The notes: generated by a model from the letters alone, not told the origin. DNA of 64,000 nucleotides from Pseudomonadota bacterium (GCA_039819095.1 JBCBSP010000003.1:169835-233834); one strand, 5' to 3'. Shown: positions 11,092 to 21,208, counted from the stretch's first letter. Numbers and translations are program-made.

Positions 11092-12612
11092 TCAAAACAC
11101 CCACGGCGAAATCAGGCTTGCGACAAACGCGATGATCGGCGCGGCGGCGAGATTGATGCGGAAGCCGGCGCGGATCATCTGCTGCATGCTGGCTGCGCCG
11201 GAAGCGTAGACGATGGCGTTCGGCGCGGTTGCGACCGGCAGCATGAAGGCGCAGCTCGCCGCCAGCGCGACCGGAATGATGAGATGCTCAGGCGGCACCC
11301 CGGCGGCGACCGCCACGGCGGCGAGAACCGGCAGGAAGGCGGACACCGTCGCGACATTGGAGGTGAGCTCGGTCAGGAAGACCACGGCGAGCGCGAGAAT
11401 GAGCACGGTCAGCGGAATGGGCAGCGCGGCGACCCAGGCCAGATGCCCGCCCAGCCATCCGGCGAGCCCGGTCGCCTGGATGGCCGCGGCCAGAGACAGC
11501 CCGCCCCCGAACAGGATCACCACCGCCCAGGGCAGGCGCTGAACCGTTTCCCAGTTCATCAGCGCCTCGTCCTTATGGTCCTTGCTCCCCGCGGGAATGA
11601 GGAACATCGCGACCGCGCCGGCCATGGCGATCTGCGCATTGCCGAGCGCCAGCGTGATGGGAAGGTTCAGCGCATCACCCATCCAGCCGAGAAGCGGGTT
11701 CCAGCCGAAAGACACGCCGGGCTGACCGATCAGCTCGCCGGGCAGCTGGCGGCCCATCCACAGGAGGGCGACGGTCGCGAAGGCCAGCGCGACGCGGATT
11801 TCCGGCGCGCGCATGCGACCGAGCGCGCGGCGCTCATCTTCAATGGCGGCGTGACCGGCCTCGCTGTCGGCGCGGGTCTGCACCTTGAAGGCCAGCCGGG
11901 TGAGGATGAACCAGGCGGTCGGGATGATGATGATGACGGCCGGAATGCCGATCGCCATCCATTCAGGAAAGCTGATCGAGCGCTCGAACTCGCGCTCCAG
12001 AAAACCCATGGCGATCAGATTGGTGGGCGTGCCGACCGGAGTGGCGATGCCGCCAATGGAGCAGGCATAGGCGATCGCGAGAGCCAGCGCGGGCGCGAAC
12101 ATGGCGCCGTCCACGCCTTCCTTTTCGACCGCCTCGGCGACTTTCAGCGCGATGGGGATCATCATCAGCGTCGTGGCGGTGTTGGAGATCCACATCGACA
12201 ACAGGGCGCACGCCGTCATGAAACCCAGGATCATCAGGGCGGGGCGCGAGCCGAAGGCGGCCACCACGTTCAGCGCGATCCGCGCATGCAGATTCCATCG
12301 TTCAATGGCCAGCGCGACGATGAAACCGCCCAGCAGCAACATGACGATCGGGTCGGCATAGGGCGCGGCGGCCTGGCGCGTGGTGACGATGCCGAGAAAG
12401 GGAAAAAGCGCCAGCGGAATGAGCGCGGTCGCCGCGATGGGAATCGCCTCGGTCGCCCACCAGCAGGCCATCATCACGGTTAGGGAGGCGAGCAGCCAGG
12501 CTTCGCGCGAGAGCGCCTCCGGCGCCGGGATGAGCTGGATTATGACAGCGAGCGCAAGACCGGTGAACAGCCCGATTCGCTTTGTCCGCGTGGCTCCGCC
12601 AACCGCCATCAT
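11092..12612 (-). CDS. DASS/SLC13-family anion:sodium symporter (sulfate/dicarboxylate-type permease)
   Basis: 506-aa polytopic membrane protein with characteristic WWATEAIPIAATALIPLALFP and SNTATTLMMIPIA / SNVATVSAFLPVL hairpin motifs. Confidence 0.8.
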   Translation of the reverse strand: MMAVGGATRTKRIGLFTGLALAVIIQLIPAPEALSREAWLLASLTVMMACWWATEAIPIAATALIPLALFPFLGIVTTRQAAAPYADPIVMLLLGGFIVALAIERWNLHARIALNVVAAFGSRPALMILGFMTACALLSMWISNTATTLMMIPIALKVAEAVEKEGVDGAMFAPALALAIAYACSIGGIATPVGTPTNLIAMGFLEREFERSISFPEWMAIGIPAVIIIIPTAWFILTRLAFKVQTRADSEAGHAAIEDERRALGRMRAPEIRVALAFATVALLWMGRQLPGELIGQPGVSFGWNPLLGWMGDALNLPITLALGNAQIAMAGAVAMFLIPAGSKDHKDEALMNWETVQRLPWAVVILFGGGLSLAAAIQATGLAGWLGGHLAWVAALPIPLTVLILALAVVFLTELTSNVATVSAFLPVLAAVAVAAGVPPEHLIIPVALAASCAFMLPVATAPNAIVYASGAASMQQMIRAGFRINLAAAPIIAFVASLISPWVF

Positions 12613-12681
12613 CTCACCCCTGCCCGTTTGGCGAGGAGTTAAGAGAGGTTCACCGCGCGACGCAAGCTAAGCTGAAAAGGA

Positions 12682-13173
12682 TCAGCGCGGCCCCAGCCCG
12701 CGCACCGGCTCAGGCCCGGCGGAGGCCAGTTCGGTCGGGCACCAGGGCGAAGGCGCACCGTCCGGTACGGCTAATCCGCGCGTGACCAGCAGCGCGCCAA
12801 GATCAGACCCGTCCGGGAGCGCCACCCGGCCGATCACCCGGCCCGCGAAACTGCCCAGACGCACCTCGTGCAGAAAAACGCTCGCCCCGACCGGCAGCCG
12901 GCTTTCGACAAAGGCGCTCGCCTCCTCGCCCAGCTCGGCCTCAGCCGGGCAGGCGGGGCGAAACACTTCCGGCGCGTCGACGCCCGCCAGCCGCACCCGC
13001 GTCTCCACGCTGTGACCGGGCCAGATATGCGCACGCACCGCCAGCGTATCCGCGTCAACGACCCGAAGGATTTCAGCCGGGACGGGCCCGGGAATGGGCT
13101 CATCGGCTGCAGCCGGGGCTGCAAGCAGCAGAAAAAAGCAACCAAGAGAGCGTTGGGCGCGCATTGCACCCAA
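12682..13173 (-). CDS. secreted thermonuclease (SNase)-like protein
   Basis: Signal peptide (MRAQRSLGCFFLLLAAPAAA) followed by VVDADTLAV...RLAGVDAPE, which is typical of staphylococcal-nuclease-fold proteins. Confidence 0.6.
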   Translation of the reverse strand: MGAMRAQRSLGCFFLLLAAPAAADEPIPGPVPAEILRVVDADTLAVRAHIWPGHSVETRVRLAGVDAPEVFRPACPAEAELGEEASAFVESRLPVGASVFLHEVRLGSFAGRVIGRVALPDGSDLGALLVTRGLAVPDGAPSPWCPTELASAGPEPVRGLGPR

Positions 13174-13226
13174 TATAGGAAGATATTCCTTGGTCGGCTA
13201 GAGGCGTCGGCGTGAGAAGCGCCGCA

Positions 13227-13997
13227 TCAATGCGGGGCGTGCGCCGGGCGGTATGCGCGGCCTTGGGGGTGCGCACGGCTCAGCCGGCTGACGGAGCGGG
13301 CTGCTCCGCCGACCGGATTGAAACGCGGATCGGCGCTGCGAACCCGGCTTGGATAGACCACGACATAGCCCGGCTGACCCCCGACCCCGCCGGTGAGTGT
13401 CGCGCCGGAAAGCGTAACACTCGCCCGCGCACTCGCCTCTGACCGTACGACAGCGTGTGCGGAGGGCGCATGACCGCAGTCGCAGCTGGCTGTGTGGCGG
13501 CTGTGGGCGTGATGAGGGTCATGGTGACCGCAGGAATGCGAGGCCGGGCGTCCATGACCGTGATGGCTGGAGCCGGTGCGCTCGAACTGCACCAGCGCAC
13601 GCATGGGCGGGGCGGGCTGGCGTCCGTGCGGCGAGACATAGCGCGGCGCGGAATGGCTCACGGACGACCGGTGCGCGCTTCCATGCCGGACGACGCGATG
13701 AGCGGGTCCATGGTGATGGGAGACATGTCTCGCATGGTGGCCGGACCGGCTGGCGCAAGCCTGGGATCGGTACGCGCCCTCACAGCCGGACGGATGCGCG
13801 CGGCGCGGCGCAGGGGCGCTTCGATGGGCGGACCGGTCCGCGATGCGGCACGATGGCGACACGGCGCCAGCGTGACCCTGTTCGATATGGATGACGCAGC
13901 GCCGGCCTTCGCCTGAACGAATATGCGCATCCGGCGCGCCGGTCAGAGCCGCGTCGCCGCTGGCGGCCATCAGCATGAGTGCAAGCAGGTGTTCCAT
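13227..13997 (-). CDS. hypothetical His/Ser/Arg-rich protein; strand uncertain (see findings)
   Basis: This is the longest ORF in an otherwise gene-free 0.9-kb gap. Its hydrophobic N-terminus (MEHLLALMLMAASG) and C-terminal part have gene-like G-rich first codon positions by hand count. The central His-rich part is C1-rich, like an antisense frame. No SD is seen. A codon-aligned Met-rich ORF lies on the opposite strand (13455-13916). Confidence 0.35.
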   Translation of the reverse strand: MEHLLALMLMAASGDAALTGAPDAHIRSGEGRRCVIHIEQGHAGAVSPSCRIADRSAHRSAPAPRRAHPSGCEGAYRSQACASRSGHHARHVSHHHGPAHRVVRHGSAHRSSVSHSAPRYVSPHGRQPAPPMRALVQFERTGSSHHGHGRPASHSCGHHDPHHAHSRHTASCDCGHAPSAHAVVRSEASARASVTLSGATLTGGVGGQPGYVVVYPSRVRSADPRFNPVGGAARSVSRLSRAHPQGRAYRPAHAPH

Positions 13998-14084
13998 AAA
14001 GGAACACTATCATGCGGCCTTGAAAAGTGCAGCAGATAAAGATGGTTAACGGAGATTCAGCCTATTGCGAAGCGGTCAGCGCCG

Positions 14085-14303
14085 TTAGAAATCGTAAGCG
14101 ATTCCGCCCTTTTCCCAGTCGCCATAGCGGGTCGGCTCCGGGCCTTTCGGGCCGCCTTTTTCAGCCGGCGAGCCTTCAGCGGCGCGCACCGCCGCACGGC
14201 GGGCTTCAGCTTCGGCGAGCGCGCGCTTGGCCGCCTCGCTGAGCGGCGGGCGCTCATCGGCGGTTTCGTCGCCCGGGCCCGGCGTGTTCGGTTCCGCGCT
14301 CAT
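14085..14303 (-). CDS. DUF1674 / SDHAF4-like small protein (72 aa)
   Basis: The C-terminus GPKGPEPTRYGDWEKGGIAYDF is the DUF1674 signature. The ATG at 14303 lies inside a 396-aa ORF-track call whose upstream part is antisense to htpX. Confidence 0.75.
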   Translation of the reverse strand: MSAEPNTPGPGDETADERPPLSEAAKRALAEAEARRAAVRAAEGSPAEKGGPKGPEPTRYGDWEKGGIAYDF

Positions 14304-14384
14304 GCTTGCAGCTCCCTTGATCCTGCCCCACATATCTAGGCCTGCCGGAGCGCGCCGCCAAGCCGGGGCGCGCCCGCTCAATCT

Positions 14385-15362
14385 TTGAGGATATCCATGA
14401 CCGGTAACGGGCTTCGCACCTTCATCCTGATCGCGGCCATGACCGCGCTCTTCGTCGGCGTCGGCTTCATGATCGGCGGTCCGGGCGGGGCGGCCATCGC
14501 CTTCGTCATCGCGGCGGGGATGAATTTCTTCGCCTACTGGAACGCGGACAAGATGGTGCTGCGCATGCATGGCGCGCGCGAGATCGGCCCGGATGAGCGC
14601 GATGGCGAGCTGCTTCAGTTCGCCAGAGACACGATCGCGCTGGCGGACCGGGCCGGCATGCCGCGCCCGCGCGTCTTCCTGATCGAGACCGATCAGCCCA
14701 ACGCCTTCGCCACCGGCCGAAGCCCCGAGCGCGCCGCCGTCGCCGCCACGCGCGGTCTCTTGCGCACCCTCAATCGCCAGGAGGTGATGGGGGTGATGGC
14801 GCACGAGCTGGCGCACGTGAAGAACCGCGACACGCTGACCATGACCGTCACCGCCACCATCGCCGGGGCGATCGGGTTTCTGGCGAATTTCGCGCTCTTC
14901 TTCGGGCGGGACGGGCGCGGCGGCATTATCGGCGCGATCGCGCTGGCCATATTCGCGCCGCTGGCGGCCAGCCTGGTGCAGATGGCCATTAGTCGGGCGC
15001 GCGAGTACGAAGCCGACCGGATCGGCGCAGAAATCGCCGGCGAGCCGATCTGGCTTGCCTCCGCGCTGGAAAAAATCGAACGCGCCGCGCGCGGCACGAT
15101 CAATCCCGCCGCAGAGCGCAATCCAGCAACCGCCCATATGTTCATCATCAATCCCTTGAACGGCCAGGGCGCGGACAATCTGTTCTCCACCCACCCGGCG
15201 ACGGCGAACCGGATCAGCCGGCTGCGCGAAATGGGCGGAACCGGAGCCAAACCGAGCGCCGGACCCTGGGGTCATCGCGGGCCCTGGGGCGGTGATATCG
15301 CTGACAAACCGCCCGGCGACGGCAAGGGCTTCAATGGTCCGTGGGGACGGTTCCTGCGCTGA
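14385..15362 (+). CDS. htpX: zinc metalloprotease HtpX homologue (M48)
   Basis: It has the [10 protein letters not shown] zinc motif, TM segments and the later EYEADR motif. The probable start is ATG 14397. Confidence 0.9.
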   Translation: MRISMTGNGLRTFILIAAMTALFVGVGFMIGGPGGAAIAFVIAAGMNFFAYWNADKMVLRMHGAREIGPDERDGELLQFARDTIALADRAGMPRPRVFLIETDQPNAFATGRSPERAAVAATRGLLRTLNRQEVMGVMAHELAHVKNRDTLTMTVTATIAGAIGFLANFALFFGRDGRGGIIGAIALAIFAPLAASLVQMAISRAREYEADRIGAEIAGEPIWLASALEKIERAARGTINPAAERNPATAHMFIINPLNGQGADNLFSTHPATANRISRLREMGGTGAKPSAGPWGHRGPWGGDIADKPPGDGKGFNGPWGRFLR

Positions 15363-15407
15363 GCGGCGAAGTGGGCGCAGCGGTCCGCTTGTGCTAGGCG
15401 CTCGACC

Positions 15408-16757
15408 ATGACGTCGCGACCTGAAAACCCTTCACCAACCCCTTCTGCCGCGGATCAACCGGACACCCGCAATCTCGCTGCGCGCGCCGCCGCGCTCACC
15501 GCACTGGAACAGGTGGAGATGAAGGGCGCAGTGCTGGACGCCGCCCTGAACGGACAGCCGGCCTGGCGCGCCCTGCCGTCACGCGACCGGGCCTTCGCCT
15601 TCGCCATCGCCGCCGCCGCCATAAGGCGCGTCGGCGCGCTCGATGAGACGCTGGACGCCTTTTTAAACAAGCCTCTGCCCGATGAGGCCGGCCGCGCGAG
15701 CCGAATCTTGCGCCTGGCGGCGGCCGAATTGCTGGTCCTGGACGGCGCCGCCCACGCCGCAGTCGATGCCGCAGTGGAGTTGATGGGCGCTGACCGCTCG
15801 ACATTCAAATACAAGGGCCTGGCGAACGCGGTTCTGCGCCGGATCACACGCGAAGGCCGCGAGATTTTCGAAGCAGGCGATCCGCTCAGCGACTTGCCGG
15901 GATGGCTGGCGGCGCGCTGGGTGGAGCAATATGGTCAGGCGCGCGCCCGCGCGATGACCGCAGCACGCTCAGGCCCGCCGCCGCTTGATCTGACTCTGAA
16001 GCCTGATGAAAACACCGCCGAATGGGCGCAGGCGCTGGGCGCGCAAACGCTTCCGACCGGGGGGCTGCGTCGCAACGCGATTGGCGATGTCGCCGGCCTT
16101 GCCGGTTATGAGGACGGAGCCTGGTGGGCGCAGGACGCCGCCGCAGCGTTGCCGGCTGCGCTCCTCGCGGCGAAACCCGGCGAACGGGTCGCGGATCTGT
16201 GCGCCGCGCCGGGCGGAAAGACCCTGCAGCTGGCCGGCGCCGGTGCGAACGTGATCGCTGTGGACCGGTCCGCCGGACGGCTGAAGCGTGTTGAAACCAA
16301 TCTGAAGCGTACGGGGCTGAGCGCGGAGCTGGTCGCCGCCGATGCCGCGCAATGGCGTCCGGATGCGCCGCTCGACGCGGTGCTTCTGGATGCGCCCTGC
16401 ACGGCGACCGGCACGCTGCGCCGGCGACCGGATGTGGCCGCCTCCAAAACCGAGTCTGATATCGCCAGCCTGGCCAGGGTGCAGGCGCGCCTGCTCGACA
16501 ACGCAGCCGAGATGCTCAAACCCGGCGGTCGGATGATCTACTGCACCTGCTCGCTGGAGCCTGAAGAGGGCGAACGCCAGATCGAAGCGCTGTTGAAGCG
16601 CCGCTCCGATCTGGTGATTGATCCGGTCCGACCGGAAGAATTGCCGGAGCTGGAGTCAGCCATCGACGTCAACGGGGTGGTGAGGACCACACCGGACATG
16701 TGGGCTGAACGCGGCCATCTGGATGGCTTCTATATCGCAAGGCTCACGCGTCTCTGA
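15408..16757 (+). CDS. rsmB: 16S rRNA (cytosine-C5)-methyltransferase, RsmB/Sun family
   Basis: NusB-like N-terminal half, SAM-MTase half with DLCAAPGGKT and the catalytic LDAPCTATGTLRRRPD and YCTCS motifs. Confidence 0.85.
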   Translation: MTSRPENPSPTPSAADQPDTRNLAARAAALTALEQVEMKGAVLDAALNGQPAWRALPSRDRAFAFAIAAAAIRRVGALDETLDAFLNKPLPDEAGRASRILRLAAAELLVLDGAAHAAVDAAVELMGADRSTFKYKGLANAVLRRITREGREIFEAGDPLSDLPGWLAARWVEQYGQARARAMTAARSGPPPLDLTLKPDENTAEWAQALGAQTLPTGGLRRNAIGDVAGLAGYEDGAWWAQDAAAALPAALLAAKPGERVADLCAAPGGKTLQLAGAGANVIAVDRSAGRLKRVETNLKRTGLSAELVAADAAQWRPDAPLDAVLLDAPCTATGTLRRRPDVAASKTESDIASLARVQARLLDNAAEMLKPGGRMIYCTCSLEPEEGERQIEALLKRRSDLVIDPVRPEELPELESAIDVNGVVRTTPDMWAERGHLDGFYIARLTRL

Positions 16758-16816
16758 TCGGATTGATGCGCGTCAAGGCGCGCTACGCCGCCTTGCCCCC
16801 CTAAGAGGCCGCTGAT

Positions 16817-17488
16817 ATGCGAGAGAGCATGTCGCGCGCCGTGAAAATCTCGCCCTCCATCCTGTCCGCTGACTTCGCCCGGCTCGGCGAGGAAGTGAAG
16901 GCGGTCGACGAGGCTGGCGCGGACTGGATCCATGTCGATGTCATGGACGGCCATTTCGTGCCGAATCTGACCATCGGTCCCGATGTCGTCAAAGCGCTTC
17001 GCCCCTGGTCGACAAAGCCCTTCGACGTTCATCTGATGATCACGCCGGTCGATCCGTTTATTCGCGCCTTTGCCGAGGCGGGCGCCGACATCATCACCGC
17101 GCATCCGGAAGCCGGCCCGCATTTCCACCGGACCGTCCAGGCCATCCGCGCGACCGGGGTCAAAGCGGGCGCAGCGCTCAACCCGTCCACCGGGCCGGAA
17201 GCGATCGATTATGTGCTGGACGCGCTCGATCTGGTTCTCGTGATGAGCGTCAATCCCGGCTTTGGCGGACAGAGCTTTATTGAGAGCCAGCTGCGCAAGA
17301 TCGAGACGCTGCGGGCCATGATCGACACGCGTGGCCTCTCCACGCTGATCGAAGTGGATGGAGGCGTGAACCCGGCCATGGCCGTTCGCTGCCGAGATGC
17401 CGGGGCCGACGCCCTCGTCGCCGGCTCCGCCGTATTCAAGGGCGGGCCGGACGCCTATGCGGCGAATATCGCAGGCCTTCGCGGGTGA
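16817..17488 (+). CDS. rpe: ribulose-phosphate 3-epimerase
   Basis: [18 protein letters not shown]...[20 protein letters not shown] and [14 protein letters not shown] are present. The probable start is ATG 16829. Confidence 0.93.
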   Translation: MRESMSRAVKISPSILSADFARLGEEVKAVDEAGADWIHVDVMDGHFVPNLTIGPDVVKALRPWSTKPFDVHLMITPVDPFIRAFAEAGADIITAHPEAGPHFHRTVQAIRATGVKAGAALNPSTGPEAIDYVLDALDLVLVMSVNPGFGGQSFIESQLRKIETLRAMIDTRGLSTLIEVDGGVNPAMAVRCRDAGADALVAGSAVFKGGPDAYAANIAGLRG

Positions 17489-17492
17489 GATC

Positions 17493-19241
17493 ATGACCGC
17501 AAGCGCTGGATTGAAAGATGTCGCCGCCGCGCTGCAGCTGCGCGCTCGGCGCGATCTGTCGGACTTCGCCGGCGGGCAGCGGGTCTATCGCGCTGCGACG
17601 CTGTCCGGCCAGACCGTCACCGGCTTCGCGGTTGAACCTGTCGATCTTCGCCAGGGCGACAAGGGCGTCGGCGCGGCGCTCCTGTCAGGCCGGTTCGGTC
17701 TGGCCGGCGAGACGCTCCAGATCGAAGCCGGGGAAAGCCTCTGGGACCGGCCCTCGCCATCTCGCCGCTTTGCTGAAGCCCTGCACGGGTTTGACTGGCT
17801 GCGCGACCTGCTCAGCGTTGACGATCCTGAAGCCCTCAGCCGGGCGCGCGCCCATTTTGATGACTGGATAAGCCATTTCGGTCGGTGGAACTGGTTCGCC
17901 TGGAGCCCGGAGGTCACCGGTAGACGGTTGTCAGCCCTGGCTTATGCCGGGCCGCGACTGTTTGAGGACGAGACCGGCGCCCCGGTCTCGGCGCGTTATG
18001 GCGTTGTCGCGCGCGGCGCGCGGCGCCTGGCGCGCACCGCTCCATTATTGGCCGAGACGCGCGATCGGCTCGACGCGGCGATCGCACTCAGCCTGGCCAA
18101 CACCGTCTTTGACCTGGGCGATACAGCCTTCAAACAGGCCAATGAGGCGCTCAGCGTCGCCCTTAAGCGTCAGGTCCTGCCTGACGGCGGGCATGTGTCA
18201 CGCAGCCCGGAAGCGGGCGCGGAACTCTTTGTCGATCTGGCGGCTCTGGAAGATGCCGCGCGGAGGCGCGGGCTGCAGCTTCATTTTGAATGCCGGCGCG
18301 CACTGGACCGACTGGCCCCTATGGCGCGCTTCTTCCAGCTGCCCGGCGGCGCGCTGGCGAGCTTCCATGGCGGCGGCGAGGGTGATGCGCAGGCCCTGAA
18401 GGCGGCGGCCCGGCTCGTCGATGCGCCCAACAAGAGCTTTGATATCGCCCCGCATGCCGGCTTTCACCGGATAGATGCCGGCGGGTCGGTCGTGATCATG
18501 GACACCGGCGCTCCGCCCGCCCACGCCCACGCCAGAGACGCGCATGCCAGCGCGCTGGCCTTCGAGTTCGCCGCGAGCGGATCGCGCCTCGTCGTCAATT
18601 GTGGCTGGAGCAGCGATCAACCCAATCACTGGCGCGACGCTGTGCGCGCAACCGCCGCGCACTCTGCGCTGACGCTGGAGGAAACCTCTTCAGCACGGCT
18701 GCTCAAGCCAGGCTGGCGGCGCGATCTTCTCGGGCCGCGCATATCCGAGGGACCCGAACCGGTTCGCGCCCGACGCAATGAAGAAGAGCTCGGGGCCTGG
18801 CTGGAAGCCACCCATGACGGCTATCGGCAAAGCTATGGGCTTGGTGTGCGGCGACGCCTCTTCCTGGCGGCCGATGGCGGCGATCTTCGCGGAGAAGACG
18901 GGCTGTATCGTCCAGTGGAAGACGGACCGCCCGCCAATCCGGAAGCCCGCCTGCAATTTGCGCTGCGCTTCCACCTCCACCCCGGCGTGCGCGCCTCGCT
19001 CTCACGCGACTCGCTGAGCGCGCTTTTAGTTCTGCCGAACGGAGATGGCTGGAGATTTCGCACTGACGGGGGACCGGTTCGCCTTGAACGGTCCGTTTAT
19101 CTCAGCGCCGGCGCCCCGCCGCAGCGCTCCACCCAGCTGGTCGTCGCGGGCGAAGCGGAGACGTTCGGGGCCGGGGATCGACCCCCCAATCGGGTCCGTT
19201 GGGCGTTTCAGCGCTTGGGCCGAGTGGGTGCGGCGGGCTAA
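17493..19241 (+). CDS. heparinase II/III-like family protein
   Basis: About 580 aa. Its size, its position between rpe and purH, and segments such as FDWLRDL and the C-terminal half resemble the heparinase II/III-like proteins that sit at this locus in many alphaproteobacteria (from memory, not searched). The start is set at ATG 17493, just after the rpe stop. Confidence 0.55.
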   Translation: MTASAGLKDVAAALQLRARRDLSDFAGGQRVYRAATLSGQTVTGFAVEPVDLRQGDKGVGAALLSGRFGLAGETLQIEAGESLWDRPSPSRRFAEALHGFDWLRDLLSVDDPEALSRARAHFDDWISHFGRWNWFAWSPEVTGRRLSALAYAGPRLFEDETGAPVSARYGVVARGARRLARTAPLLAETRDRLDAAIALSLANTVFDLGDTAFKQANEALSVALKRQVLPDGGHVSRSPEAGAELFVDLAALEDAARRRGLQLHFECRRALDRLAPMARFFQLPGGALASFHGGGEGDAQALKAAARLVDAPNKSFDIAPHAGFHRIDAGGSVVIMDTGAPPAHAHARDAHASALAFEFAASGSRLVVNCGWSSDQPNHWRDAVRATAAHSALTLEETSSARLLKPGWRRDLLGPRISEGPEPVRARRNEEELGAWLEATHDGYRQSYGLGVRRRLFLAADGGDLRGEDGLYRPVEDGPPANPEARLQFALRFHLHPGVRASLSRDSLSALLVLPNGDGWRFRTDGGPVRLERSVYLSAGAPPQRSTQLVVAGEAETFGAGDRPPNRVRWAFQRLGRVGAAG

Positions 19242-19261
19242 GGTGGCTCCAAGAGGGGATA

Positions 19262-21208
19262 ATGAGCAACTCAGATCAGCGTCAACCTGCGAACGGTCCA
19301 GCCGATTCACGCAGCCCGCTGCAGCGCTACGCCACACTGCTCGGCGTCAGCGCATGGGATGCGCTGGCTGGCGCAGCCGCCATGTATGGCGCGATCGTGG
19401 TGCGCTATCTGTTCGAGCCTTCCGGTCATCCGCCCGGAGGGGTGGAATGGGTCGCTTCAGGCCTTTTTGCGATCGCCTGCCTTCTGGTTCTGCCGCTTAT
19501 GGGGCTGCATCGCGGGTTGTGGCGCCACACGACGCTGGCGGACGCTGGGCGGCTCTTTCAGGGTATCGTTCTGGCGCACCTGGTGTTTTTGCCAGCGCTC
19601 TTTCTTTTCACCCGCCTGCAGGATTTCCCACGCTCCGCGCTGCTTATGTCCACCCTGGCCATGGTGGTGGCCACGCTGGGCCCGCGCCTGGCGGCGACGG
19701 CCTGGCGATCGGGTGATCTGCGCGCCCTGTTCCGCATTGAAGACCGCAAGACGCCAGCCGCGGTACTGGTCGGCGGCGCAGAACGGATGGCCGAAGTCCT
19801 TCGACGCGAGATGCGCCGCTCCGGCGGGCCGTCCTTCCGCTTTCGGGCCCTGATCGAGCCCGGCGGCGCCTATCGCGGTCGCGCCCTGCTCGGCGTTCCC
19901 GTCCTTGGTGGGATGGAAGCGCTTGAGGACGCGGCGCGGCGCGTTGCTCGGGACGGTGAGACAGTGCGCATCGTGCTGGCCGAAGCCGACCCGCCGTCGG
20001 AACTGATCGCCGAATGCGCGCGCGTTGCGGGCCGTGTCGGAGCAACTCTCTCACGCAGCCGGGCCCGCGAGGGCGGCGCCCCCTTCACCGCGGTGGAAGC
20101 GGCGGACCTCCTGTCACGCACCCCGCGCCATCTTTCGCGAGCCGGCGCGCGCAAGCTGATCGCCGGCAAGCGGGTTCTGGTCACCGGAGCCGGCGGCGCG
20201 ATCGGTTCTGAACTGACTCGCCAGGCGGCGCAGCTTGATCCTGAGCGCCTCATCCTTCTGGATTCAGCGGAGAGCCATCTCTATGAGATCGATATGGCGC
20301 TAAAGGCCACCCCGGATGCGCCGGACTGGCGCGCCGTGCTTGGCGATGTGCGCGATGTTGAACGGCTGAAGGCGGTGTTCGCGCAAGAACGCCCGGAAGT
20401 GATCCTGCACGCGGCGGCGCTGAAGCATGTGCCTCTGATGGAGGTGAATGGCGCTGAAGCGGTGCTGACCAATGTGTTCGGCACGCAGAATGTCGTCGAT
20501 GCGGCGGCCCTGAGCGGCTGTGAGGTCGTGGTTCTGATTTCCACAGACAAGGCGGTCGATCCGGTCAGCATCATGGGGGCGACCAAGCGTGCTGCGGAAC
20601 TCTATCTGGCCGCCGCCGCCCAGGATCTGCCGGCGCCGCGCCTGTGCGCGGTCCGCTTCGGCAATGTGCTCGCCTCCACCGGTTCTGTCGTGCCGCTGTT
20701 TGAGCGCCAGATTTCCGAGGGCGGCCCGGTGACTGTGACTGACCCGGACACGACGCGTTACTTCATGACGCTGGAGGAGGCCGCCAGCCTGGTTCTGGAA
20801 GCCGGCGCCCAGACCGCCGAAGACGCGCGCGAGGATGGCCGGCTGTTCCTGCTGGACATGGGTCAGCCCGTGCCCATCGCCAGACTGGCCCGCCAGCTGA
20901 TCCGGCTGCGCGGCATGGAGCCTGGCCGGGATATTGGCGTCGAATACATGGGGCTGCGCCCAGGTGAGAAGCTTCACGAGGCGCTCACACACGCATTTGA
21001 AGACACCCGGCCCAGCGCCACAGACGGCGTGCTGCGCGTGTCCGGGCCTCGACCGCAAATGGAAGCGTTGCGCCCCGCGCTTGAACGACTGAAAACGGCT
21101 GCGCTGGCGCGTGATGAGGCCGGTGTTCGCTCTGGTCTGGACGAGATCCTGGCGCTGGGCTGGCCGGCCGGCGTGCAATCCATGGCAGAGCGGCTTTCAG
21201 CCGGCTGA
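19262..21208 (+). CDS. membrane-bound polysaccharide biosynthesis protein, CapD/WbpM/PglF-type NDP-sugar 4,6-dehydratase
   Basis: N-terminal TM helices, then a Rossmann motif VLVTGAGGAIGSEL and STDKAVDPVSIMGATKR, typical of the CapD-like family. Confidence 0.8.
   Translation: MSNSDQRQPANGPADSRSPLQRYATLLGVSAWDALAGAAAMYGAIVVRYLFEPSGHPPGGVEWVASGLFAIACLLVLPLMGLHRGLWRHTTLADAGRLFQGIVLAHLVFLPALFLFTRLQDFPRSALLMSTLAMVVATLGPRLAATAWRSGDLRALFRIEDRKTPAAVLVGGAERMAEVLRREMRRSGGPSFRFRALIEPGGAYRGRALLGVPVLGGMEALEDAARRVARDGETVRIVLAEADPPSELIAECARVAGRVGATLSRSRAREGGAPFTAVEAADLLSRTPRHLSRAGARKLIAGKRVLVTGAGGAIGSELTRQAAQLDPERLILLDSAESHLYEIDMALKATPDAPDWRAVLGDVRDVERLKAVFAQERPEVILHAAALKHVPLMEVNGAEAVLTNVFGTQNVVDAAALSGCEVVVLISTDKAVDPVSIMGATKRAAELYLAAAAQDLPAPRLCAVRFGNVLASTGSVVPLFERQISEGGPVTVTDPDTTRYFMTLEEAASLVLEAGAQTAEDAREDGRLFLLDMGQPVPIARLARQLIRLRGMEPGRDIGVEYMGLRPGEKLHEALTHAFEDTRPSATDGVLRVSGPRPQMEALRPALERLKTAALARDEAGVRSGLDEILALGWPAGVQSMAERLSAG

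Noticed and set aside
11284-12483. 399-aa plus-strand ORF inside the DASS permease gene
   Set aside because: It is an Arg/Gly/Asp/His-rich antisense shadow. The minus-strand translation is a clear polytopic SLC13-type transporter.
14304-15275. Upstream two-thirds of the 396-aa minus ORF
   Set aside because: It is antisense to htpX and of low complexity. Only the final 72 codons (DUF1674) are credible.
17397-17492. N-terminal extension of the heparinase-like ORF overlapping rpe by 92 nt; similar track extensions occur at 19199, 26887, 27716, 31644, 32996, 39794, 39823, 42900 and 47695
   Set aside because: In each case an internal start immediately after the upstream gene, or matching the family's N-terminus, is more plausible. 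The extensions are Arg/Pro-rich or overlap neighbouring genes.
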